Counted from the first letter of the stretch, positions 18,716 to 28,946 are shown. The stretch: DNA of 64,000 nt from an uncultured Candidatus Saccharibacteria bacterium (GCA_964436255.1 CAYTBW010000002.1:616-64615); one strand, 5' to 3'. Notes: generated from the letters alone by a model not told the origin. A program made the numbers and translations.

Positions 18716-20434
18716 ATGTCGACCGAACCAAAACCAGTCAAAACAGAAAACGCCAAGTCGTATACGTGGCGTTTTTTGTCTGGATCAGATCGGGCGGTTA
18801 CGAGTGCAGCCAGGCTGCGTGAGCTCATTTTACGTCAGCGTGGCGTGGAGCCAGAGCAGCAAGAGGCCTTCGTGTCGCCTGACTATAATGGGCTTCACGA
18901 CGCTGGACTTTTGAGTGGTGTGGGGTTGGCTGTAGAGCGTATTAACCACGCATTGGCGAATGGGCAAAAGATTGTTGTGTATGGGGATTATGATATTGAC
19001 GGCATAACAGCTACTGCTCTGCTGGTAGACGTACTCTCTCAGCTTGGGGCTCAAGTAAGCCCCTACATTCCAGACCGGTTTGAAGAGGGGTACGGTTTGA
19101 ATTTGGCTGCACTTAAGGCGCTCAAGTCAGACGGTGCCGATCTCCTCATTAGTGTGGATTGCGGTATTACCGCAGCGCACGAGGTGGCAGAAGCCGCGAA
19201 GTTTGGACTCGACATTATCGTAACCGATCATCATACAGTGCCAGAAGAAACTCCCGAAGCTGCAATAGCCTGCATAAATCCCCGCCTACCGGGCGACGAG
19301 TATCCATTCAAGGATCTAGCCGGTGTGGCCGTAGCATTTAAATTGGCCGTTGCCTTGGTCGCGGTACACCCTGACAAAGTAAAACCTGGTCGCGAAAAGT
19401 GGTTACTCGACCTGGTAGCGCTCGGCACGGTATGCGATGTGGTGCCCCTCGCGGGGGAAAACCGCGCATTAGTGCAGTTCGGGCTGACGGTGTTGCGCAA
19501 GAGCCCGCGGCCGGGACTCAGGGCATTAGCCGAAGCGAGTGGAGTGGAGCTCGCTAGCGTTCAGGCCTCGGATTTGGGTTTCCGGTTCGGCCCGCGACTG
19601 AATGCCGCAGGGCGCCTAGAGCACGCAGCTAAGGCACTGGAACTCATTACCACGACAGATACCGACCGGGCCAAAGAGCTGGCGGAGGGACTGAACGAAC
19701 TCAACCGCGAGCGACAAGACGAAACAGCGCGTGTGTTCGCGGAGGCAATGCAGCAATCCGAAGGCTATCTAGACGATGCCATTTTGGTACTTTCTGGCCA
19801 GGATTGGTCACATGGCATAGTCGGACTGGTTGCCAGCAGAGTTAGTGAGGCTCGGCATAAACCGACGATTATTTTGCAACAACTCGGCAAGACTACCAAG
19901 GGCTCTGCGCGTAGTGTTGGTACTTTTAATATTATCGAGGCGATTACGAGCGCAAAGCAACACTTAGAGCGTTACGGCGGGCATGCTTTTGCTGCTGGCA
20001 TGACACTCAAGACGAGTAAAGTGGTCGATTTGCGCAAAGCGCTCAATGCATACGCTGCCCAACACGAGTCAGAACTTAGTACGCAAAAGGAGCTCGTCGT
20101 TACCTGTCAGCTCGACGGGGGGATTTTGAATACCCAGTTGCTGACGCAGCTCGAGGCCTTGGAGCCGTATGGCAACGCCAACCCTCAGCCAATATTTGCG
20201 TCCAAGCTTAAATTGGTGCGCATGCGTCCAGTCGGTGCAGATCAAAAGCATTTGCAGATGAATTTCGAGGCTTCAGTGGGGCAGCTCGGCGCCATTGCCT
20301 TCAGCGCCGCTGGGCGCTGGCCCTGGCTTGAATTAGGGCAGCTGGTCGAAGTGGCCTACAGGGCGTCCAAAAACGTCTGGCAGGGGGTTGAGAGCCTCCA
20401 GCTCGAAGTGGTCGACATTCGACCGCTCCAGTAA
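18716..20434 (+). CDS. recJ: ssDNA-specific exonuclease RecJ
   Basis: YGDYDIDG, VDCG, TDHH, PRLNAAGRL, GGHAFAAG. Confidence 0.97.
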   Translation: MSTEPKPVKTENAKSYTWRFLSGSDRAVTSAARLRELILRQRGVEPEQQEAFVSPDYNGLHDAGLLSGVGLAVERINHALANGQKIVVYGDYDIDGITATALLVDVLSQLGAQVSPYIPDRFEEGYGLNLAALKALKSDGADLLISVDCGITAAHEVAEAAKFGLDIIVTDHHTVPEETPEAAIACINPRLPGDEYPFKDLAGVAVAFKLAVALVAVHPDKVKPGREKWLLDLVALGTVCDVVPLAGENRALVQFGLTVLRKSPRPGLRALAEASGVELASVQASDLGFRFGPRLNAAGRLEHAAKALELITTTDTDRAKELAEGLNELNRERQDETARVFAEAMQQSEGYLDDAILVLSGQDWSHGIVGLVASRVSEARHKPTIILQQLGKTTKGSARSVGTFNIIEAITSAKQHLERYGGHAFAAGMTLKTSKVVDLRKALNAYAAQHESELSTQKELVVTCQLDGGILNTQLLTQLEALEPYGNANPQPIFASKLKLVRMRPVGADQKHLQMNFEASVGQLGAIAFSAAGRWPWLELGQLVEVAYRASKNVWQGVESLQLEVVDIRPLQ

Positions 20435-20457
20435 GCTGCTTATGCTAAAATGGCTGT

Positions 20458-23067
20458 ATGGAAAAACAAGGCGCTCAGTTTCTACACTCCAAGCAGCCGA
20501 GTCTACATGTTGGGGCTGCTGTAGAGCACGAGCAAGCTCGCCGCGAGCGCTCAGCTGGAGAGACGAGCCAGAAGCCTTCGGAAAAGATAGCTGCTTGGCT
20601 TGAGATATTAGAGCGCACCCATGGGCACTCAGATTCAAGAGTTAATGACAGGATTAAGTCTTCGTACCACAAAGAATACGTTATTAAACCCGAAAACGTA
20701 CCAGAATCAACCTTTCAACTAGAGCAGCGTATAGCCCGTAATCTTGGTCACGGCGATATCCCTATTACCGACGAATTCAGGGCAGCTAAGACCAGGGAGA
20801 TTATTGAGAACCAAGAAGCCAGTTTGGATAAATGGATTGATTACTTAACCTCTGACGACGCCACTTATCCTACATGGGCCAAGTACTGGGCTTTTACGTC
20901 TATTGTAAAGATGGGCAAGATAGAAAAGAAAACCGTCGAGCTTGAAGATGGCACCGAGCGGGAAACGGCACGCTTTGGAACACGTACGCGTGATACTACG
21001 GCACCATTCCCACCCCTTAACCCCAGGGCGCTAGCAATGGCAGTTGGAGTCATGGAGCGGCATTTAGCTTGGAAGGCATTACCCAAAGACGCGCGAAAGA
21101 CGAATCCACTTGCTAATGAGAGTAAACGACTTAGTGATGAGGAGTTTAGAAGGCTACTAACCACTGAAAGTTTTGATGACCTCTATACCCAATTCCTAAT
21201 TGAGTTACCCGAATATTCTACCGAAGGCCTGAGGGAAACCCGGGGTGAGTGGCGCAAATACGATCAAGGGAGCGACCCAGCTCCACTCGTTGATTCACTT
21301 GATGGCCACCCGTTGGAATGGTGTACTGCCAACTTTAGTACGGCATTAACCCATTTGCAGGGAGGAGACTTTTTTGTTTATTATTCGATAGATCAGGAGG
21401 GTAGCCCGACGGTTCCAAGGGTGGCCATTCGAATGGCTGGGGATAGTATTGCTGAGGTAAGAGGAATCGCACCAGATCAGCAGCTCGATCCATATATCGC
21501 CGATGTGGTAAGTGAGAAGATGGCTGAATTCCCCGATGGAGAAGGTTACCAAAAGAAGGCTGCCGACATGGCGAGGCTTACAGAGATAGAGGACACTATT
21601 CAGCAGGGAGCCGAAATAAGTAGGGAGGATTTGCAGTTTCTATATGAAATTCAACATCCAATAGAAGGTTTTGGATACCACCGTGATCCACGAATAGATC
21701 TCTTGAGGCAGGGAAGAGATGTGCGGAGTGACCTGGTAAAGGCACTCGACTGCCGACCTGAGCAGATTAGCTTGACTGCAGCGGAGGCAACTCATGGTAC
21801 TTCCGAAAACCCCATTTTATTTCATTATGGGGATCTACTTTTAACCAGCCTAAGTTCAGCTCCGGGTCTTAGATTGCCAGATGTGGTCGGCGGGAAGCTT
21901 GATCTAAGTAGTCTAGAAGCCCCTAACGGGCTGACTTTGCCTAAGGAGGTTCGTGGGACTCTCGACCTGTCCAGTCTCGAAAGTGCAGATGGGCTTGATT
22001 TGCCATATTATGTGGGAGGAAATCTCAATCTTGGTGGGATAATACTCCCGTTTGGACTTCGCTTGCCGGCGGCGGTTGGCGGGAGTATTGGGCTTCAGTC
22101 GCTGGAAAGCGCAAAAGGTATTGTTTTTCCAGCTTCAAGCGGGGGTATAGAACTACAGAGTCTGAAGAGTGCAAAAGGTTTAGTATTGCCGAGCGAGGTT
22201 CACGGGACCCTTGATCTAACCGGACTTCTAGATGGCGAAGGGCTAATATTGCCAACATTTATTGGGGAGTATTTGTTTCTTGATAGCTTGCAGAAAGCAG
22301 ATGGATTAAGGCTGCCAGAGTCTGTAAAGGACATCATTCAATTGCCAGCGCTTAAGAGCGCGGAGGGCCTTAGTATCCCTCGCAATATTAAATGTGCCTT
22401 ACTAGATCTTAGTGGTCTTACGAATGCCGACGGTCTGGTTTTACCTCCGGAAGAACTAGATGCTAGCTTGGATCTCTCTGGCCTAACAGATGCTAAGGGG
22501 CTCACTTTACCACGTATTATTCGTGGTGAGCTTAACATGAGCCAGCTAAAGAGCGCCGATGGATTGATACTACCAGAGGTAATCAATGAAGGGCTCTACC
22601 TCGAAAACTTAGCGAGTGCTAAGGGCTTAAATTTACCGCGAATAATTAAGGGAGATCTTGATCTTAATGGGCTTCTTGACGCAACAGACTTCGTTTTTCC
22701 TGAGGGGTTGGAGTGTTCTGGCATCTATCTTCCGAGTCTTGTTCGGGCTAGTGGTCTCGTATTTCCGCATCGTGTCAGTGGCCAGTTGATCATGGACCGA
22801 CTTAGCTCCGCGCAGGGGGTAGTAATGCCTCGGGTGGTTGGTAGTCTCGACCTATCCGGCCTAGAAAGTACAGAAGGCCTTATGCTGCCCTCTCAAATTG
22901 ATAGCTCCCTTATACTTTGTCGTTACGAAGGCGGCGGGGCGGGTGGTTATGTCAGGGTCTCGGGCTTAACGGGTGAACAAATTCGCGAGGTACTATCGCA
23001 GCGGCCTGATTTGCGTGAAAAACTCAGGGGTGCACCACCATGGATACTCGGCGAACCAGCAGACTAG
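20458..23067 (+). CDS. Large protein with an uncharacterised N-terminal domain and about 17 LRR-like 21-aa repeats
   Basis: Repeats of GxLxLxxLxSAxGLxLPxxV in the C-terminal half. Confidence 0.8.
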   Translation: MEKQGAQFLHSKQPSLHVGAAVEHEQARRERSAGETSQKPSEKIAAWLEILERTHGHSDSRVNDRIKSSYHKEYVIKPENVPESTFQLEQRIARNLGHGDIPITDEFRAAKTREIIENQEASLDKWIDYLTSDDATYPTWAKYWAFTSIVKMGKIEKKTVELEDGTERETARFGTRTRDTTAPFPPLNPRALAMAVGVMERHLAWKALPKDARKTNPLANESKRLSDEEFRRLLTTESFDDLYTQFLIELPEYSTEGLRETRGEWRKYDQGSDPAPLVDSLDGHPLEWCTANFSTALTHLQGGDFFVYYSIDQEGSPTVPRVAIRMAGDSIAEVRGIAPDQQLDPYIADVVSEKMAEFPDGEGYQKKAADMARLTEIEDTIQQGAEISREDLQFLYEIQHPIEGFGYHRDPRIDLLRQGRDVRSDLVKALDCRPEQISLTAAEATHGTSENPILFHYGDLLLTSLSSAPGLRLPDVVGGKLDLSSLEAPNGLTLPKEVRGTLDLSSLESADGLDLPYYVGGNLNLGGIILPFGLRLPAAVGGSIGLQSLESAKGIVFPASSGGIELQSLKSAKGLVLPSEVHGTLDLTGLLDGEGLILPTFIGEYLFLDSLQKADGLRLPESVKDIIQLPALKSAEGLSIPRNIKCALLDLSGLTNADGLVLPPEELDASLDLSGLTDAKGLTLPRIIRGELNMSQLKSADGLILPEVINEGLYLENLASAKGLNLPRIIKGDLDLNGLLDATDFVFPEGLECSGIYLPSLVRASGLVFPHRVSGQLIMDRLSSAQGVVMPRVVGSLDLSGLESTEGLMLPSQIDSSLILCRYEGGGAGGYVRVSGLTGEQIREVLSQRPDLREKLRGAPPWILGEPAD
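21829..22900 (+). repeat. Coding tandem repeat (about 63 nt, 21-aa LRR-like units)
   Basis: About 17 protein-level repeats that are diverged at the DNA level. Confidence 0.8.
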
Positions 23068-23172
23068 TGCTCAGGGCCCCGTGGTGGTCCTGGGGCTTGA
23101 AGAAGTCATGGTTTTAGCGTATAATCGCTTCTGAAATTGATTTATTAGCTAGTAGAAAAACAAGGAGTTAGT

Positions 23173-23382
23173 TTGATTCAAGTAACAGCCAAAGAAAAAG
23201 AGTCAGCAGAGAGCTTGCTGAGACGCTTTAATAAGAAGGTAATCCAGTCTGGCGTATTAGGAGAAGCTCGTCGTAAACGTTACTTCGAAAAGCCAATCTC
23301 GAAGACGGAAGCGCGTAGCGTAGCAATCCGCAAGGCTCGTCGCAAAGAGCAAAAAGCTCGCGAAATCCTAGGAATCAAGTAA
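23173..23382 (+). CDS. rpsU: 30S ribosomal protein S21
   Basis: ESAESLLRRFNKKV..RYFEKP; SD AAGGAG, TTG start. Confidence 0.93.
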   Translation: MIQVTAKEKESAESLLRRFNKKVIQSGVLGEARRKRYFEKPISKTEARSVAIRKARRKEQKAREILGIK

Positions 23383-23822
23383 TGCACGTTCTCGAGCAGC
23401 TGGAACAAGACCTCGCAGCTGCGATGCGAGAGCGAGACCAGATTCGCCTCCAAGTGCTGAGGCTGCTTAAGAGCGCCCTTAAAAACTACCAGATCGAAGT
23501 TGGCCATGAACTTAGCCCGCAGGAGATGATGCAAGTCCTCCAAAAGGAAGCCAAAAAGCGTCGTGACTCGATTGAAGCTTATGAAAAAGCCGGTCGAGAC
23601 GACCTAGTCGCCGAAGAGTCAGCGGAGCTCAAAGAGATCCAGCACTATCTGCCAGCACAATTGGGTGATGACGAAGTTCGCGCGATAGTCCGCGAGGTGG
23701 TTGCTGCTAGCCCTGACGCCCAGATGGGCCAAATAATTGGACAAGTACTGGCAAAAACCAACGGCCAGGCGGACGGCGGGCTTGTAAGCCGTATCGTTCG
23801 TGAAGAACTTGATAATAAATAA
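23382..23822 (+). CDS. GatB/YqeY domain protein
   Basis: KEAKKRRDSIEAYEKAGRDDL..E..YLP..ADG. Confidence 0.93.
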   Translation: MHVLEQLEQDLAAAMRERDQIRLQVLRLLKSALKNYQIEVGHELSPQEMMQVLQKEAKKRRDSIEAYEKAGRDDLVAEESAELKEIQHYLPAQLGDDEVRAIVREVVAASPDAQMGQIIGQVLAKTNGQADGGLVSRIVREELDNK

Positions 23823-23828
23823 CGAACT

Positions 23829-24305
23829 ATGGCACTCAGTCTAGAGTTCGCAACCGATGTTCCTTCCTCTCTAAATAAAGACGATTTGCATATGGCGCTT
23901 GACCTGGTCCAGGTGGCGGCAGACGCCGGGCTTAACGGCAAAATTAGCCTCGTCTTTACCGATGAGCCGACGGCACGCCAGCTCAACCTGCAGTATGCAG
24001 GCAATGATTATGCTACAGACGTACTCAGCTTTAACTACTTTGAGGGCGAAGACGACGAACCAGGCCCAGACGATACTTTGGGAGAGGTGGTGGTGTGCGT
24101 TCCGGTTGCGCAGAAGCAAGCCGAGGAGCATGGTCAAGATATGCGCTCGGAGCTACTCTTGCTGGTGGTGCACGGTATGATGCACGTGCTAGGCTACGAC
24201 CACGCTGGCCAGGCGGAGCAGACTAGCTTCGCGCATGCGCAAAGTGCTATATTAAGTAAGCTTAAGGTTGATGCAAGGGGTATATTCAATGGTAACACTC
24301 GGTAG
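23829..24305 (+). CDS. ybeY: rRNA maturation endoribonuclease YbeY
   Basis: TDVLSF, HGMMHVLGYDH. Confidence 0.95.
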   Translation: MALSLEFATDVPSSLNKDDLHMALDLVQVAADAGLNGKISLVFTDEPTARQLNLQYAGNDYATDVLSFNYFEGEDDEPGPDDTLGEVVVCVPVAQKQAEEHGQDMRSELLLLVVHGMMHVLGYDHAGQAEQTSFAHAQSAILSKLKVDARGIFNGNTR

Positions 24306-24648
24306 TTTTAGGCACGCATTTAAGGGTCTTCGGGCAGTCGTTAGTCGCGAACGCAATGCTCGTATTCATTTGGCTTTTGCCTTGCTAGCTGTCGTAGCGA
24401 GTTGGTTCTTTAAGATCTCAATCTTCCAACTCTCACTAGTTATTTTGGCAATTATCTTAGTTTTCTTTGCAGAAATTACCAATACCGCCATAGAGCGCAC
24501 GCTTGATTTGATTTCTACCGAGCGAAACCAAGTAGTCCAGCTCGTAAAGGACATGACGGCTGGTGGTGTGCTGGTTTGCGCACTTGGAGCCTTTGCAATC
24601 GGTGTTTGTATCTTCGGGCCACGCATTTACGAGATGCTGGTGCGATGA
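24289..24648 (+). CDS. dgkA: Diacylglycerol/undecaprenol kinase
   Basis: SF.HAF.G, ERNARIH, E..NTAIE, KD...GGVL. Confidence 0.9.
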   Translation: MVTLGSFRHAFKGLRAVVSRERNARIHLAFALLAVVASWFFKISIFQLSLVILAIILVFFAEITNTAIERTLDLISTERNQVVQLVKDMTAGGVLVCALGAFAIGVCIFGPRIYEMLVR

Positions 24649-25193
24649 GGCGACATATTATCGTCTTGGGCATGCCCGGCGCTGGCAAAGACACGCAGTG
24701 CGATATGCTTGCTAAAGCCTTGGGGGCAGTAATAGTTAAGACTGGGGACATCGCACGCGAGCTAGCTAAAACGAACACAGATATTGCACGAGTGTTGCAA
24801 AAAGGTGGCTTGGTGGACGACGATATCATCAATACGAAATTGGCTGAAAAACTCCAAGAGATACCTGCCGAATCTGATATTCTCTTTGATGGCTTTCCCC
24901 GCAGGGTAGAGCAGGCCCAGTGGCTAGATAGCCAATTGGGCGAAAATGAAGCCCAGAATTTGCATGTATATTATTTAAAGATTAGCCAAGATTCGGCCCT
25001 CAAGCGACTTTTGCAGCGCGGCAGAGGGGACGATACCGAGTCAATAATCCGTAACCGTCTCCGCGTATTTGCAGACCAAACCGAACCTGTATTGGGCTAC
25101 TACCGAAGTGGTGATCGCTTGGTGGAAATTGATGGTGAGCCCAGCCCAGATATTATTCAGTCCGAGTTACAACGCAAAATAAAGGAACAATAA
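24645..25193 (+). CDS. adk: Adenylate kinase (short LID)
   Basis: GMPGAGKDTQ, FDGFPR, RGRGDD. Confidence 0.9.
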   Translation: MRRHIIVLGMPGAGKDTQCDMLAKALGAVIVKTGDIARELAKTNTDIARVLQKGGLVDDDIINTKLAEKLQEIPAESDILFDGFPRRVEQAQWLDSQLGENEAQNLHVYYLKISQDSALKRLLQRGRGDDTESIIRNRLRVFADQTEPVLGYYRSGDRLVEIDGEPSPDIIQSELQRKIKEQ

Positions 25194-25194
25194 G

Positions 25195-25947
25195 ATGAAG
25201 ACACAAGTTAAAACAGCGGCAGAAATTGAAGCTATGCGATATGGCGGAAAGATACTTGGCCAAACTCTGCAGGTGCTCAAGGCAAAGACGATACCTGGGA
25301 TGAAAACGCAGCAGATTGATGTGCTTGCTCGCGAACTGCTGGCAGACCGGGGAGTAGAGCCGGCCTTTTTGGGCTTTGATGGCTTTCCTGCCTCAATATG
25401 TATTTCAGTTAACGAAGAGATTGTTCACGGCCTACCAGGAGATAGGGTTTTGCACGACGGGGATCTCGTAAAATTCGATTTTGGTGTCAAACATGAGGGG
25501 ATGATTACCGATAGCGCTATCAGCTTTATTCTCGGCCCTAGCACCAACCCAAAAGCCGAAAAGCTTATAAAAGCTACAGAGGAAGCCCTTAGCAGAGCGA
25601 TAAACAGTCTGCATGATGGCGTTCGTGTAGGAGACATCGGCGCGGTTATCGGTTCTACTATCCAAAAGCATGGTTTTTATGTGCTGCAGACTCTTGGCGG
25701 GCACGGCGTTGGTCATAGGTTGCACGAAGATCCTTGGATTGGGAATGACGGGGTGGCTGGCACCGGGCAGACACTTAAGGCCGGCATGACAATCGCGTTA
25801 GAGCCAATTGCGTCAATTGGCACCGAGGACCTCGTAATGGCCGATGATGGATGGACATGCATTACTGACGACGGTTCACTAGCGGCCCAGAGCGAACACA
25901 CAATTTTAATTACTGAGTCGGGCGCCGAAATACTAACGCTGCCATAG
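25195..25947 (+). CDS. map: Methionine aminopeptidase type I
   Basis: CISVNEEIVHGLP, GHGVG..LHEDP, SEHTILIT. Confidence 0.96.
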   Translation: MKTQVKTAAEIEAMRYGGKILGQTLQVLKAKTIPGMKTQQIDVLARELLADRGVEPAFLGFDGFPASICISVNEEIVHGLPGDRVLHDGDLVKFDFGVKHEGMITDSAISFILGPSTNPKAEKLIKATEEALSRAINSLHDGVRVGDIGAVIGSTIQKHGFYVLQTLGGHGVGHRLHEDPWIGNDGVAGTGQTLKAGMTIALEPIASIGTEDLVMADDGWTCITDDGSLAAQSEHTILITESGAEILTLP

Positions 25948-26015
25948 GCGATTGCACCAATAGTTTGCGCAACCAGGGTGTGCATGTATATAATGAGATA
26001 CATTAAGGCAGGGTT

Positions 26016-27248
26016 ATGGCGGCAAAAAACGAATCAACATTTGTAGGGTTAGACATCGGCACAAGCAAAGTTGCTTGTGTGGTTGGTTTACATCAGGAGG
26101 ATATGGCCGAGCCGAGCATTATTGGGCTTGGTGTGTCCCCAACTACGGGCCTTAGGCGCGGCACAGTATCTGACGTAGAGGAAACGGTGGCTTCAATTAC
26201 TGCAGCCCTGGAAGAGGCGGAGCGTATGAGTGGCGTTACGATTGAACACGCCACCATCAGTGTAGATGGCGCCCACATTCAGAGTCTAAACTCACGTGGC
26301 GTAATCGCGGTGAGTAGGGCAGATCATGAGATTTCTCGTGAGGATCTAGTTCGAGTCGAAGAAGCCGCAGCAGCCATCCAGATGGACAGCAACCGTCAGA
26401 TCTTGCAGGTTATTCCAAAGAGCTATACGGTCGATGGTCAAACGAATGTAACAGATCCAGTAGGCATGAACGGCGTTCGACTCGAGATCGACACCCATAT
26501 CATCACCGCCGCTTCTCCGGCCATGAAGAACCTTACGAATGCAGTTTTCCGAGCAGGGATTACCATTGATGACCAACTCCTTGTCCCATTGGCAGCGGCA
26601 CGGGCAGTTCTGACAAAGCGTCAGTTCGAGCTTGGCGTAGTTCTGCTAGATATCGGCGCCGAAACCACTGGCATCGTTGTATTCGAAGAAGGCAGCATCG
26701 CATTCACTACCATCCTTCCTGTCGGCTCAAATCATATAACAAAGGACTTGGTATATGGTCTGCGTACTAATATAGATGTGGCCGAGAAGCTTAAACTAGC
26801 CAAAGCTAGTGCTATCAAGGAGAAAGGCCGACCAAACGAAAAAATCGATTTGGTGGACTTTGGTGGTAACGGAGTGGTTAGCCAGAGTGAAGTTGACAAG
26901 ATTGTTAATTCCAGATGTGAAGAAATCCTCGGCATGGTAGCCACAGAGCTTAGGAAAGCCGGTAAAGACTCTATGCTGGCTGGCGGCGCAGTGCTAACTG
27001 GCGGTGGAGCGAAACTTCCAGGTATAGATAAGCTAGCTCAGGATGTCCTTAAGCTCAACACAACCGTAGCATCTCCTCGCGGCTTCGGCGGTATAAGCGA
27101 TAAAGTGAAAGACCCTGCCTATGCAGCAGCAGTCGGACTCATGCTCGAAGACATGCATCACGCCCCAACAGGCCATGGAGGCATCAATTCTGCTATCAGT
27201 AACGCCGTGTCTCAAATAAAAGGCGTCTTCAAGAATTTTCTACCTTAA
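26016..27248 (+). CDS. ftsA: Cell division protein FtsA
   Basis: GLDIGTSKV, LDIGAETT, LTGGGAKL, C-terminal amphipathic helix. Confidence 0.96.
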   Translation: MAAKNESTFVGLDIGTSKVACVVGLHQEDMAEPSIIGLGVSPTTGLRRGTVSDVEETVASITAALEEAERMSGVTIEHATISVDGAHIQSLNSRGVIAVSRADHEISREDLVRVEEAAAAIQMDSNRQILQVIPKSYTVDGQTNVTDPVGMNGVRLEIDTHIITAASPAMKNLTNAVFRAGITIDDQLLVPLAAARAVLTKRQFELGVVLLDIGAETTGIVVFEEGSIAFTTILPVGSNHITKDLVYGLRTNIDVAEKLKLAKASAIKEKGRPNEKIDLVDFGGNGVVSQSEVDKIVNSRCEEILGMVATELRKAGKDSMLAGGAVLTGGGAKLPGIDKLAQDVLKLNTTVASPRGFGGISDKVKDPAYAAAVGLMLEDMHHAPTGHGGINSAISNAVSQIKGVFKNFLP

Positions 27249-27273
27249 CGAAATTTATTGTGATTCGGTTTAA

Positions 27274-27302
27274 AAAAGAGCTCCGAATTCCGGGGTTCTT
27301 TT
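27274..27302 (+). terminator. Intrinsic terminator after ftsA
   Basis: aaaagagctccg-aattc-cggggttctttt. Confidence 0.65.
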
Positions 27303-27377
27303 GCTGTATACATTCTTTCGGGGAACGAACACATTATTTATAGCAAGCATCTGTGCTGATAATTCCGAGTAAAATAT

Positions 27378-27524
27378 TTGCATTACTTGCGCAATTTGGT
27401 TATACTTCTGGCTATACCGGTTGAGTAGCGGTATGTGTGTGGCAAGGACTCCCACTAGGTTGGGAAAGCCTAGATTACTCCCCGAGAGTAATCGACGCAA
27501 TTATATAAAGGAGTCACAAACAGC
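27378..27524 (+). promoter_or_regulatory. ftsZ promoter and structured 5' leader
   Basis: TTGCAT-17-TATACT; nested hairpins; gactcc can pair with ggagtc, which overlaps the SD. Confidence 0.6.
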
Positions 27525-28925
27525 ATGGCAGAAATTCGCCCAGAAATTGAAACGTTCGCACGCATCAAGGTAGTTGGTGTGGGCGGCGGTGGCAACAACG
27601 CACTCAACCGAATGATTCAATCAAGCATTCGTGGCATCGATTTTGTAGCAGTCAACACTGATGCTCAGGCTCTTCATTATTCTCAGGCCGCCAAGAAAGT
27701 CCACATTGGTAAAGAAGCTACTCGTGGCCTAGGGGCAGGCGCCAACCCTGAAGTGGGAAAGATCGCTGCTGAAGAGAGCGAAGAAGACATCTTCGAGTCT
27801 CTAAAGGGTAGTGAGATGGTATTTATTACCGGCGGATGCGGCGGTGGTACTGCTAGTGGCGCCGCACCAGTGATCGCTCGAATTGCTCGAGAGATTGGCG
27901 CACTTACCGTAGCCATCATGACAAAGCCTTTTGCATTCGAAGGCGACAGACGTCGTAAAATTGCCGAGGCTGCAATTGAGGAGCTTCGCGACAAGGTCGA
28001 TACCCTTATCATTATTCCGAATGACCGCATCTTGCAGATTATTGACCGTAAAACGTCACTTCTTGATGCTTTTGGAGCTGTCGACAACGTACTTCGACAA
28101 GGCGTCCAGGGCATTTCTGACCTCATTACCGTGAACGGTTTAGTAAACCTAGATTTTGCTGACGTTAAGTCAATCATGAGCAATGCCGGCAGTGCCTTGA
28201 TGGGAATTGGTCATGGCTCAGGAGACAACAGGGCGGTAGAGGCCGTTAAGCAGGCTATGGACTCGCCGCTACTCGAAGTCTCTATACAGGGAGCCAAGGG
28301 TGTACTTATTAACTTCACTGGCGGCAGAGATATGGGGATGCATGAGATTGAGGAGGCCGCCAAGCTTATTCATGATTCAGTGGATCCTGAAGCAAATATC
28401 ATTTGGGGTACGGTACTAGATGAAAACACCACAGGGGAAATCAAGGTTACTTTGGTCGCTACCGGATTTGATGCAACTCGCTCGCCAGCATCACACGCCA
28501 CGGGCTTTACCGGCTTTGGTAACAGCCAGAACATTAGTACTCAAGCAAACTACAATCAGCCAGTTCACGCCGCTGAAGAGGTCTACACTGCACCCGAGCC
28601 AGAGGAGATACCCTACATTCGCGAGCAGCCACGTCCGGTTTTCCAATCAGACGATCTTGAGCCGTTGGTTAAGGCTGAGCCAGAAGCTCCCCGAACAATT
28701 ATGGATGATCCTATTGCCGGATTCGACCTAGAGGAGCCAATGGAGCCAGAGTCTGTCGTTGAGCCGTCTCAGCCAGCAGTACCAGCACAACCCATTATTG
28801 AGCGCGCAGTTGGTTTTAGTGGCGACGAAGATGATCTGGATAAGCCAGCTTACTTGCGTCAAGGAGTGCAGCTAGAGCAAGATACGGATGATGATATCCC
28901 GAGTTTCGTAAAGAAAAAAATGTAG
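27525..28925 (+). CDS. ftsZ: Cell division protein FtsZ
   Basis: GVGGGGNNA, NTDAQAL, GGGTASG, NLDFADV. Confidence 0.98.
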   Translation: MAEIRPEIETFARIKVVGVGGGGNNALNRMIQSSIRGIDFVAVNTDAQALHYSQAAKKVHIGKEATRGLGAGANPEVGKIAAEESEEDIFESLKGSEMVFITGGCGGGTASGAAPVIARIAREIGALTVAIMTKPFAFEGDRRRKIAEAAIEELRDKVDTLIIIPNDRILQIIDRKTSLLDAFGAVDNVLRQGVQGISDLITVNGLVNLDFADVKSIMSNAGSALMGIGHGSGDNRAVEAVKQAMDSPLLEVSIQGAKGVLINFTGGRDMGMHEIEEAAKLIHDSVDPEANIIWGTVLDENTTGEIKVTLVATGFDATRSPASHATGFTGFGNSQNISTQANYNQPVHAAEEVYTAPEPEEIPYIREQPRPVFQSDDLEPLVKAEPEAPRTIMDDPIAGFDLEEPMEPESVVEPSQPAVPAQPIIERAVGFSGDEDDLDKPAYLRQGVQLEQDTDDDIPSFVKKKM

Positions 28926-28946
28926 TTCCGTCGGAGGGTTAAGATA

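Noticed and set aside
27441-27500. ggcaa...gacgcaa resembles a c-di-GMP-I riboswitch
   Set aside because: No GNRA-capped P2 of the usual size and no P3; kept only as an unclassified leader
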